Positions 37,093-45,294 of a stretch of DNA of 64,000 nucleotides are shown one piece after another. Source of the DNA: a virus; IMG/VR virus record IMGVR_UViG_3300025874_000006, positions 1 to 64,000 of that record. The stretch is one strand, 5' to 3'. The position numbers and the translations under genes were made by a program. The notes under the pieces were generated by a model. The model was not told the origin of the DNA and made no database searches. It saw nothing but the letters and a program-made list of their open reading frames with translations. Within the stretch, counting starts at the first letter, position 1, and each line of letters starts with the position of its first letter.

Positions 37093-37168
37093 TGGAGCGG
37101 GTAGTCGGGTTTGAACCGACCGCCTCAACCTTGGCAAGGTTGCGCTCTACCAAATGAGCTATACCCGC
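37093..37168 (-). tRNA. tRNA-Gly(GCC)
   Basis: Cloverleaf, CCA. Confidence 0.95.
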
Positions 37169-37173
37169 AATAT

Positions 37174-37243
37174 TGGAGCGGAGTGTAGGAGTTTCACCTA
37201 CCTTCAATGGGGGGCACCCATAGACCCAATAACTGGCCTCCGC
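37174..37243 (-). ncRNA. Non-canonical tRNA-Gly-like RNA
   Basis: GCGGAG/CUCCGC-UCCA acceptor, GUAGG-UGAAACU-CCUAC T arm, GCC in anticodon loop, shrunken D arm. Confidence 0.65.
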
Positions 37244-37250
37244 AAATTCT

Positions 37251-37472
37251 TTACTCTACAGTCAACTGGTCGGCCCATTTCAATTCCTGAATGATTCTAT
37301 TATACCAATTAGAATCTTCTTCTGAATTGTTCGGATTATCCCTTTCTACAGTCAATTGTTCTATACGCACAGTTATATAGTCTGTTCGTCTAGACGCCTT
37401 ACGTGATATCCTATCTAATAACTTTTTCTTCGAACCTGTCAACACTTCTATATTATTATAATCCATTGTCAT
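37251..37472 (-). CDS. Hypothetical protein
   Basis: DYI..RIEQL...WYNR.IQEL.W. Confidence 0.65.
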   Translation of the reverse strand: MTMDYNNIEVLTGSKKKLLDRISRKASRRTDYITVRIEQLTVERDNPNNSEEDSNWYNRIIQELKWADQLTVE

Positions 37473-38880
37473 TACACCCCAAATCTCTACGCGAGTCTTC
37501 ATCATTGTTAGTTACACAATTACCACTTGGTAATTCTTCTGGTACATATCTCATCAAGTCTGAGTCGTATAGACCCTCTTCTAAGAAAGAAATTAAGTTG
37601 TCTGTCTCTTCATCAGTCAGACTGAGAGGAACAAACCGATAATCCAAATCAGTTATCTCTACCTGTGGATGTTCAGGAATACCTGCTACTTTATATCGTA
37701 CAACATCTGCTATAGATGACATAGAACCACCGTGACCGAATACAGTAGTATCTTTAAGATTGTATAGGGGTGGTACCTTAAAGGCAAAATCAGACATCTG
37801 GTCACCAGTAAATCCACCACGACCTTTTCGGTCGGCTTCTTTCACTTCACCAACAGTCTCTTCCCAGATATCCAAGTCATGGAAACCTAGAGTCATAAAC
37901 ACTTCACTCGCCAAAGAACCGACAGGTGAGGATAACGCGGGCCCATTATGACACCCTGCACAATTACCTTTACCGAAGAACACCTTCGCACCTTCGACTT
38001 GTTCTAGGGTCATAGCATTTTCATCACCTCGCAACAACCTCTGGAAGGGTGCGCGGTTTGCAAGTACAGTACGTTCATATGCTGCAATCGCAAGTGCAGC
38101 TGCTTCCAACATGTCGTCTGGTTGAGATGTACCGTATGCCGCTTCAAACATCATCTGATACTTCTCATTAGTGGTAAGGATAGAACCCTCTTCGCCAGGA
38201 TTAAGTCTATGCACTCCTAGTCCAGCAACCGCCTGAGTCTCCAGACCAGAGAAGTTACGTAAGTTAGCTTCCTTCGGAGTACCCTCGGTGAAGTGTCGTT
38301 CAGGATCTATACCAATATTGACAATACCACCAATCACATTACCGAATTGGCCATTCCATAACATAACTTCTTGGTATGCGGTATTCAATATAGTAGGCGA
38401 TGTTAAAGGTTGTACATCAGCAAACTCTTCCATACCTTCCGCGAAATTACGATGGTCAAATCCAATACCACCTTCACCAATACCTTGACGAATACCGGAC
38501 TTAAATCCGTTCTGACCATTATGACAAGATGCACAAGACCATGTGTTGTTCATATCGGTTTCATTGGTCTCGGTCGAAGTCATACCAGTTTCATGGAAAA
38601 GCAACTTGCCGAGTTCCACCTTATCCGAGGTAATAGGATTACTAGGGTCTTGTGGGATGTTTAAGAAGTCATCGCTCTCTGGTAGGATATAACCTTCATA
38701 GGAACCGGTCGGTGAGGTTACACTCAATATATCACGAAGTTCACCAATAGAAACTTCTAGAGCTGTGGGTTGTGGGGGCGGAGTAACCGTTATAGGTTCT
38801 ACCGGAGTAGTCTCAGAACCACCGGAACCACAGGCAGTTAGGAATATAGACGATGACAACAACGCAATTTTACTATTCAT
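37456..38880 (-). CDS. Di-haem cytochrome c peroxidase/MauG-family lipoprotein
   Basis: Lipobox LTAC; K.ELGK.LF; CASCH and CAGCH; W.G; FKVP.L.N; HGG. Confidence 0.9.
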   Translation of the reverse strand: MNSKIALLSSSIFLTACGSGGSETTPVEPITVTPPPQPTALEVSIGELRDILSVTSPTGSYEGYILPESDDFLNIPQDPSNPITSDKVELGKLLFHETGMTSTETNETDMNNTWSCASCHNGQNGFKSGIRQGIGEGGIGFDHRNFAEGMEEFADVQPLTSPTILNTAYQEVMLWNGQFGNVIGGIVNIGIDPERHFTEGTPKEANLRNFSGLETQAVAGLGVHRLNPGEEGSILTTNEKYQMMFEAAYGTSQPDDMLEAAALAIAAYERTVLANRAPFQRLLRGDENAMTLEQVEGAKVFFGKGNCAGCHNGPALSSPVGSLASEVFMTLGFHDLDIWEETVGEVKEADRKGRGGFTGDQMSDFAFKVPPLYNLKDTTVFGHGGSMSSIADVVRYKVAGIPEHPQVEITDLDYRFVPLSLTDEETDNLISFLEEGLYDSDLMRYVPEELPSGNCVTNNDEDSRRDLGCNDNGL

Positions 38881-38916
38881 AATATAAGAGCCTCTCATAA
38901 CTCTTTTCAATTGTAG

Positions 38917-39007
38917 TGGCGGAGAGGGTGGGATTTGAACCCACGATACGCTATTAACGTATGCCAGTTTTCAAGACTGGTGCATTCAACCGCTCTGCCA
39001 CCTCTCC
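38917..39007 (-). tRNA. tRNA-Ser(UGA)
   Basis: Cloverleaf with long variable arm, CCA. Confidence 0.95.
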
Positions 39008-39066
39008 ATTTACTACGTATGATACACTAATAATTACTGCTTGTCAACCCTTTTTATAAAAAAGTT

Positions 39067-39141
39067 TGGCTGGGGTGGGAGGATTCGAACCTCCGATATC
39101 GGGATCAAAACCCGAGGCCTTAACCGCTTGGCGACACCCCA
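39067..39141 (-). tRNA. tRNA-Gln(UUG)
   Basis: Cloverleaf, CCA. Confidence 0.95.
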
Positions 39142-39212
39142 AACCTGTTTGCTCTACTGGGCACCACTGATTCAGTTATTTTAAAAGGGGAATCAGACCC
39201 TTTATAATTAAG

Positions 39213-39289
39213 TGGTCGGAGATAAAGGATTCGAACCTTTGGCCCCTGCGTCCCAAACGCAGTGCTCTGCCAGACTGAGCTAATCTCCG
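39213..39289 (-). tRNA. tRNA-Pro(UGG)
   Basis: Cloverleaf, CCA. Confidence 0.95.
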
Positions 39290-39293
39290 TATA

Positions 39294-39381
39294 TGGAGAG
39301 CAGTTTACCTCTTACTCAGGAGACGGGCGTAACGACCAGCACAAGTTTAGAGTCATTTCGGGACTATAAATTAATCTTCTC
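39294..39381 (-). ncRNA. CCA-terminated non-tRNA stable RNA candidate
   Basis: Ends in CUCUCCA 4 nt before tRNA-Pro; hairpins AGUC-CCGAAAU-GACU and CUC-CUGAGUAA-GAG. Confidence 0.55.
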
Positions 39382-39454
39382 GAAAAAAAGCAAAGTAGAT
39401 GACTATGCAAGTCACTATACTTATTATTAAAATATCTATAAAACACATACGTTA

Positions 39455-39847
39455 TTAAAATACCTTATTAATTTGTATTTGGTTGTTGATTATTACTAAT
39501 GTAGTCGCAGTATTCATAATATTAAGAGATGTTTCGCGAGACATTAAGGTTGTATCGCCCCTAAGCGCGGCATATATTAACAGATTCGACAATAGTTTAA
39601 CCCCTACAAGTGTTTGAGGTGAGGGGTTATTTCCATATACAGGATTTCCTTCCTCTAGACACTCGTTAAGGGGCATATCACTGGTACATACATACTTTAA
39701 TGCTTTATAAGTTTGCAGTGTGTCCACTGTTTGCAACGCTAGAAAGTATTTGTATTTGGTCTGTTCCTTTTCTGTCCAATCATTATATCCAGTACCGGAA
39801 CAGCCGGTAAGAAAAACTAATAAAAGTATAGTTAAGATATTTTTCAT
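39455..39847 (-). CDS. Lipoprotein
   Basis: Lipobox LTGC; E.NP motif. Confidence 0.7.
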   Translation of the reverse strand: MKNILTILLLVFLTGCSGTGYNDWTEKEQTKYKYFLALQTVDTLQTYKALKYVCTSDMPLNECLEEGNPVYGNNPSPQTLVGVKLLSNLLIYAALRGDTTLMSRETSLNIMNTATTLVIINNQIQINKVF

Positions 39848-39867
39848 TATTGTACCTACAATATAGT

Positions 39868-39944
39868 TGGCGGACTGGACGGGACTCGAACCCGCGACCT
39901 CAGCAGTGACAGTGCTGTATTCTAACCAACTGAACTACCAGTCC
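39868..39944 (-). tRNA. tRNA-Asp(GUC)
   Basis: Cloverleaf, CCA. Confidence 0.95.
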
Positions 39945-40281
39945 TTTTATTAGGGTTTCCCCATGTTTCCGTTTGAGAATGACAATTAGGACATAACAGC
40001 CGCAGATTTTCTATGCGATTGTCTCTATTGTTACCGTTGATGTGGTCAACCTGTAATATTAGAGTCTTTCCGTTGTATTCTCTTCCCACTCCACATTCGG
40101 AGCATGAGTCATATAGTTCGTTGATATATCTCCTGATACCTTCTCTGTAGTTAGAATCTTCTACCAACTTCTTTTTGACTACGTCCTGTCCTTGACATTT
40201 ATTACTACAGTAGATGCCCTTAGATTGACTTGGGTAATACTGAAATTCAGTATCACAATTTTTACAGATACCTTGTGCCAT
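39922..40281 (-). CDS. HNH homing endonuclease
   Basis: CKNC, YCSNKC, CSECG...LQVDHING...DNR.ENLRLLCPNCHSQT; late promoter at 40311-40318. Confidence 0.92.
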   Translation of the reverse strand: MAQGICKNCDTEFQYYPSQSKGIYCSNKCQGQDVVKKKLVEDSNYREGIRRYINELYDSCSECGVGREYNGKTLILQVDHINGNNRDNRIENLRLLCPNCHSQTETWGNPNKRTGSSVG

Positions 40282-40350
40282 TATACTTCTCTTTATTAGA
40301 ATGATGTATTTATTTATACCATTCTAACTTTTAAGAAGCACTACCAGTCC
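39934..40350 (-). mobile_element. HNH cassette bounded by 11-bp direct repeats of the tRNA-Asp 5' end
   Basis: GGACTGGTAGT at 40350-40340 and 39944-39934. Confidence 0.7.
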
Positions 40351-40513
40351 AAATTCTTTTTAAATAAGTGTGGTCGTCTTCAGTCTTTGTCAGAACAAAC
40401 ACATCACCTTCTTTAAAGGGTAAGTTAGACAAATCCAAAGCCTCGTCATCGTGTTCACTCAACAACTCAAATCCGTTAGTATCTATCTTAAATTTATATC
40501 CGAGATATAGCAT
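40331..40513 (-). CDS. Hypothetical protein
   Basis: Coupled ORF. Confidence 0.65.
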   Translation of the reverse strand: MLYLGYKFKIDTNGFELLSEHDDEALDLSNLPFKEGDVFVLTKTEDDHTYLKRIWTGSAS

Positions 40514-41356
40514 TTAGAACCACTTTTTTCCTTTCTTCTTCTTGAAAGGATTTGTAGGTGTAGGAATCTTGTCGACGATAGTCTGTACCGGAGCAACAAC
40601 TTCTTTTACTGGAGCGACGACTGGAGCAACAATCTTATCTACAGTGTCCTTTACTGGTTGCACAACATCTTGCACTGGGGCGATACTGTCTTCTACAACA
40701 TCATATGCGGGGTCAACATCTACAGTGACAGTTCCTTCGGTCTTCACACCAACAATAAACGCGAGGTTTACTGACCCGCCAATCGTAATGGGTTTGCTGT
40801 CCTTGTTCCAATCTGGGACTTGATAACCACCACCGATAGTTCCACCTACCTGTGCACCAACTGATACAGAAGTGTCGTTCACTACAGCAAGACCTAGACT
40901 TTCATTAGTATAGTAAGTGCGGTTACCTACACCAGCCTTCGCTCCTGCGATTGCACCACCCTCAAACCAACAACCATCTGACCCTGCGTTTGCATCAACT
41001 CCTGCCCATGCGTAGAGTTCTGCATATGCATATAACTCTACACCTACTGCATGGTCACCATTCTGGTACTCTGCCTTCAATGCAGCTTCTGCACGGAGTT
41101 TCGCTTCCGCAACTGCTTCGAGATATAAGTTATCGTCTCGATAACCAACACCATATTTCGCAGACGCATTAGCCTCTGCATTCATTAATGCCTCACCTCT
41201 TAGGGTGTTGCCATCTGGATCTGTCCACTGACCACTTGCATTTACATAAATGCCAGCACCTGCTCGGTACTCTCCGTTTAAACTAGTGTCTGTGTTATCA
41301 GTTCCACCTTCTGCACCGGCATTAGCGCCTGCGCCTGCTGTTGTGTCGACCATCAA
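40514..41356 (-). CDS. Ala/Gly-rich repetitive protein
   Basis: AxAxAxAG strands; PV..V repeats; basic tail. Confidence 0.75.
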   Translation of the reverse strand: MMVDTTAGAGANAGAEGGTDNTDTSLNGEYRAGAGIYVNASGQWTDPDGNTLRGEALMNAEANASAKYGVGYRDDNLYLEAVAEAKLRAEAALKAEYQNGDHAVGVELYAYAELYAWAGVDANAGSDGCWFEGGAIAGAKAGVGNRTYYTNESLGLAVVNDTSVSVGAQVGGTIGGGYQVPDWNKDSKPITIGGSVNLAFIVGVKTEGTVTVDVDPAYDVVEDSIAPVQDVVQPVKDTVDKIVAPVVAPVKEVVAPVQTIVDKIPTPTNPFKKKKGKKWF

Positions 41357-41733
41357 TTATTCTCCAAATCATGTGTGTGTAATGCTAATAAAGCATAATG
41401 TAATACCTTTACAAGGTCTTTTCGGTGATCTGATACATCACCCTTGTTTCCATAACGTGCATTATACTTATCCACATTACCTAGAAAGAAACCCATACCA
41501 TGGCCGCGATCAATAATGACTTCACTGGATTGAATACCAGAAGTGCAATAGTGTGCATTGTAAGTAGAGTCAATGTAACTCTTAAACTCTTCTATAAGTT
41601 TACCTTCGTTAAATTTGTAATCAATGACACCTATGTCACCGGCTTCTCTCATTGATGTACCATTAGTATATTTTTCGAACTCCACCGTCTCATTGGTGTA
41701 AGGTGGAGTGTGTGCGTACATTAACTGACTCAT
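41353..41733 (-). CDS. DUF3310-like conserved protein
   Basis: YI..TY..HY; GF..GNV.KY..RYG.K; DL.K..HY. Confidence 0.8.
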   Translation of the reverse strand: MSQLMYAHTPPYTNETVEFEKYTNGTSMREAGDIGVIDYKFNEGKLIEEFKSYIDSTYNAHYCTSGIQSSEVIIDRGHGMGFFLGNVDKYNARYGNKGDVSDHRKDLVKVLHYALLALHTHDLENN

Positions 41734-41987
41734 ATAAATTCCCTCAAAAGTGCTGATCCCAGCATTACCATCATAACTGCGTTAAGTATAATCAGTGCAC
41801 GGTCTTCCCACATCACTGATACCCACGCCCAAAGACCCGTGCCGACTACTCCTACGGCAAGATCGTATAACCTATACTCAGGGCCTGCTTGTCTAAACAT
41901 TACCGATATTATGATACAAACAGTCGCAGCCCATTTCACATACCAGTCAAGATTATCAGGATACCATTTAGTATCAGGTTTACTCAT
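41730..41987 (-). CDS. 3-TM membrane protein (DUF6552-like)
   Basis: DWYVKW.AT...W.DRALIILN. Confidence 0.75.
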   Translation of the reverse strand: MSKPDTKWYPDNLDWYVKWAATVCIIISVMFRQAGPEYRLYDLAVGVVGTGLWAWVSVMWEDRALIILNAVMMVMLGSALLREFI

Positions 41988-42340
41988 TAGGACTTACTAC
42001 CAATAGTTCTTCTAACGATATCGTTGTGATTGAACTCTGCCCAATACAACTCAAACGCGACTCCGTCTTTGAGACCTTCGAACTGGTGGATCTTGCCTGG
42101 TTTGACTTGGGTGAACTCGCCCGCACGTAGTATGGTTTCGTCAACAAGACCATCTTGGTCATCTTGCCAAACACGCACAATCATCTCACCGGATTCTACG
42201 AAGAACCCGTTCCATTTGTGTTCGTGCAGATGTTCGGAACACTTGAAACCTTTTTTAAACTCGATACGATGAAACTCAAGAACACCGTTCGCGTGAACTA
42301 GTTCTGTCTGTCCCCAGATCTTTCCTGATTTCATTGTCAT
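41987..42340 (-). CDS. Cupin (mannose-6-phosphate isomerase-like)
   Basis: K.WG; SEH.H..K...F.V.SG; PG..H.F. Confidence 0.85.
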   Translation of the reverse strand: MTMKSGKIWGQTELVHANGVLEFHRIEFKKGFKCSEHLHEHKWNGFFVESGEMIVRVWQDDQDGLVDETILRAGEFTQVKPGKIHQFEGLKDGVAFELYWAEFNHNDIVRRTIGSKS

Positions 42341-42366
42341 ACTAGTCTCACTGGTTCATAATAATT

Positions 42367-42451
42367 TGGTACGAGTGAGAGGACTTGAACCTCCACTGAT
42401 TTCTCAACAAGAACCTAAATCTTGCGCGTCTACCAATTTCGCCACACTCGC
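42367..42451 (-). tRNA. tRNA-Leu(UAG)
   Basis: Cloverleaf, CCA. Confidence 0.95.
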
Positions 42452-42455
42452 ATTT

Positions 42456-42530
42456 TGGCTCCAAAGGTTGGGGTCGAACCAACGACCAATTGATTAACAG
42501 TCAACTGCTCTACCACTGAGCTACTTTGGA
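42456..42530 (-). tRNA. tRNA-Asn(GUU)
   Basis: Cloverleaf, CCA. Confidence 0.95.
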
Positions 42531-42583
42531 ATAATTTCTTCTTTACTACTAAGACGATATTATACTACAAAACCCTCTATGTG

Positions 42584-42796
42584 TCAAGAGGGTTGGTGTT
42601 CTAATATGTCTTGATTTGAAAACCCACGTTTCACTAGTTCATTACGAAATTTAACTTTTACTTTCGGGGTTCTGCACTTATCGAACTCTTCCCACAGAGA
42701 TTCGGTGGAAAGGGATTTTACAAAAAACCGTTGAGTTGTAATCTTTCCGGTCATGCGGTCTTTTACAATAGTATCTTCTTTGTACTTAGTTGGCAT
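42584..42796 (-). CDS. Hypothetical protein
   Basis: AAGGA RBS. Confidence 0.7.
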   Translation of the reverse strand: MPTKYKEDTIVKDRMTGKITTQRFFVKSLSTESLWEEFDKCRTPKVKVKFRNELVKRGFSNQDILEHQPS

Positions 42797-42838
42797 AATA
42801 TAGTTCCTTATTAAAGGGTTTAAGAGTTGTCGATTTTT

Positions 42839-43084
42839 TTAATCTTCGCTTAGTGATGCGTTGTATGCATCAACTACTTCGTCAGTATGCACAACAGCAC
42901 AGATAGCCTGCACCTCTGCTGACTCGTTGCTGTAGTCTTGACCAGCCGTGATGACGTGTCTGTGGTAGCCTGAAGATAGCTCTACGCCGTCTTCTAAGAC
43001 TTTGGTGCAGGTTCGTACTTGTACTGCTTTGAACTCACCTACGATTTCAATCTTGTCTTCTGATATTACTTTTTCTAAAGCCAT
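42839..43084 (-). CDS. Tail-fibre-associated small protein (chaperone-like)
   Basis: DKIEIVG....QVR......DG.E.S...HRHV; follows the fibre gene. Confidence 0.7.
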   Translation of the reverse strand: MALEKVISEDKIEIVGEFKAVQVRTCTKVLEDGVELSSGYHRHVITAGQDYSNESAEVQAICAVVHTDEVVDAYNASLSED

Positions 43085-43129
43085 TGTGTTGCTCCTGTCT
43101 GTGCCTACCGTCCGATAGGCGTATGGTTG

Positions 43130-44890
43130 TTATGCTGTTTGATATGATGCGGTTACATGGACGTATCTTGAGCTGCCTGCTGTCAAGTTTGCAACGACCC
43201 AATTACCGCCCTGTATCATACCCAGAAACTCTAGTTGTGAGGTGCTTCCCTGTACAATTCCGCCTACAGTTTCACAAGCAACATTAAATGTGTTTAAATA
43301 TGTTACAGGAAAAGAAGACCTTTTAGGCCCATTTGCAAAAGGTAAGCCTGTAATAATATGATTAGGAGCGCCCGTTATAGTTGAGGCCTCCAAAGCAAGA
43401 GTGACGGTAACTAAACGTCCAACTTTAGTGTATATACCAGTCATGTCTGTAGCTGTAGCTCCACCGCCTAAAGTAGGAGTCCAAGTACCCTCTTCATAAT
43501 CATCCAGCTTATTAGCAGCACCTGTGCCGCCTAAGTAGACACCGCCTCCTAAATATAAGTTCTTAAAGCCGTTGTTGTCATCGCCCAAAGATATCACGCC
43601 GTCAACTTGGGTTCCGTCTCCGTTTGTCGGTTGTATCTCTTGAGATGCGCCTGTCAGTCCTGCTCCGTTGGTTCTTGGGTCTAAGATAATTGTGGATACA
43701 AGCCCAGCGCGAGATTGAATACTACCTACGGTTGTGCCGTCTTTGCGGAGCAGCATAATGTCGCCATCAGTTGTTCTGCGGTTAAACACGGCAGAAACGT
43801 CTGGTCTACTCGCTGAAATAAAACCTGCACTAGAAAGCTGAATTCCCGTGGTTGTTAGGTCTGCAACAGTCTTACCCACAAGCAAATTACCTGCGCCATT
43901 TAGAGTCATCTTAGGCGTAGTGTTAGCGTTGGCATAGAAGTTTAAGTTGTTACTTGCGCCGCCAGTTGAGCCTATGTCCCAGTAGGACGAAGCGCCAGTG
44001 TTCTCAATGACTCGCAATGCTGAAGGCAGGTTAGTAGATACAGTCTTAGAGTAAGCGTTAAGAGTGGCAGCGTTGGTTGTTCCAGTGCCTGCTACAACTG
44101 AGCCAGTAAGTGAAACACTACCAGTAACGTCTATGCCTGTGTCGTCTGTTCTTATTTTTTCAGACCCATTATGGAAAAGTTTAACGAATCCGTCAGGCTC
44201 AGCAGTTATCATATTCTCATCATCAGCAACATTATTAACTGCAAAGTTTTGTGCTTGTATTTTTAAGTTTCCAGTACCTGCGTCAACAATTCTACTCTGA
44301 GTTCCATCATGATAAATCTGTAGGTCATCACCAGCACCAAACGTAGCCTTGTCATTGTCGCCAAAGTTAATGTCAGCAGAGGTAGTCAAAGGGCCGGTTA
44401 ACGTACCACCCGATACTGGTAAATATCCAGCAAACGAAGGTGGAGTATATGTGAAAACACCTGTCGTGTTATCGTATTCTAAATTTGCAACACCGACCGC
44501 ATTAACCGATACCGAAAGGTCTGTCAGCGATATACCTACTAAGTCAGGAATACCAATTAAAGTTGCACCAGTAAAGTCTACAGTACCGTCTGCTGTAATG
44601 TTAGCGATGTTTAGGTAACCGTCAGTACCATCAGTACCAGCATCCATTACCAGAGAAGCAACATCCAATGGATCATTAGGATTAAATCCTACTTGCGTAG
44701 CATAAGTACCACCAGCTGCTCCGCGACCAATAAAGTTGTCTGCATACACGTCACCTAAGACGAGCATATCAGTCTCTACTTTAAATACTTTTGTACTTGA
44801 CATATTAGGTAATCCACTCTGTTCTGCTAAATTTTCAGGAACGTTCTGTTCTCCAATATTGACGTTAGGTGTCTGGGTATCGTTAGACAT
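43130..44890 (-). CDS. Tail fibre / receptor-binding protein
   Basis: GGTLTG, FG.GDDLQIYHDG, GNLLVG, LDDYEEGTWTP, YTKVGRLV, GLPF; late promoter at 44929-44936. Confidence 0.85.
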   Translation of the reverse strand: MSNDTQTPNVNIGEQNVPENLAEQSGLPNMSSTKVFKVETDMLVLGDVYADNFIGRGAAGGTYATQVGFNPNDPLDVASLVMDAGTDGTDGYLNIANITADGTVDFTGATLIGIPDLVGISLTDLSVSVNAVGVANLEYDNTTGVFTYTPPSFAGYLPVSGGTLTGPLTTSADINFGDNDKATFGAGDDLQIYHDGTQSRIVDAGTGNLKIQAQNFAVNNVADDENMITAEPDGFVKLFHNGSEKIRTDDTGIDVTGSVSLTGSVVAGTGTTNAATLNAYSKTVSTNLPSALRVIENTGASSYWDIGSTGGASNNLNFYANANTTPKMTLNGAGNLLVGKTVADLTTTGIQLSSAGFISASRPDVSAVFNRRTTDGDIMLLRKDGTTVGSIQSRAGLVSTIILDPRTNGAGLTGASQEIQPTNGDGTQVDGVISLGDDNNGFKNLYLGGGVYLGGTGAANKLDDYEEGTWTPTLGGGATATDMTGIYTKVGRLVTVTLALEASTITGAPNHIITGLPFANGPKRSSFPVTYLNTFNVACETVGGIVQGSTSQLEFLGMIQGGNWVVANLTAGSSRYVHVTASYQTA

Positions 44891-44959
44891 AATATCATCT
44901 CACTATAAATTTGTAAATGTGTTTGTACTATTTATACAAAAAAAACATTTCATTCAATA

Positions 44960-45035
44960 TGGCGTCCCGTAGGGGAGTCGAACCCCTGTTACCGCCGTGA
45001 AAGGGCGGTGTCCTAGGCCTCTAGACGAACGGGAC
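44960..45035 (-). tRNA. tRNA-Glu(UUC)
   Basis: Cloverleaf, CCA; close to the gammaproteobacterial sequence as recalled. Confidence 0.95.
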
Positions 45036-45036
45036 A

Positions 45037-45294
45037 TTAATAAATTTTTTCTACTAAGATTGTGACTTCACCGATTTCACTGGAAACCATGATTGCCCAA
45101 TCAAAGACATCAACATGTACTGTGTCATACTGATAGTCTTTAGTGACCTCTTGGACTGCTCTTTCAATTGCACCGTCCGCATCACCATGAACGCATATCA
45201 GTCCACCCATGTGGTCGTATAGTATATATGCGTTATTTACCTCCGAATCTTCTGGAAATAGACCTGTTGGCATAGACTCGTAATCTATCGGCAT
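45037..45294 (-). CDS. Hypothetical protein
   Basis: GAGGAG RBS. Confidence 0.65.
   Translation of the reverse strand: MPIDYESMPTGLFPEDSEVNNAYILYDHMGGLICVHGDADGAIERAVQEVTKDYQYDTVHVDVFDWAIMVSSEIGEVTILVEKIY

Noticed and set aside
43130-44890. Diversity-generating retroelement target in the fibre gene
   Set aside because: No template repeat or reverse transcriptase is seen
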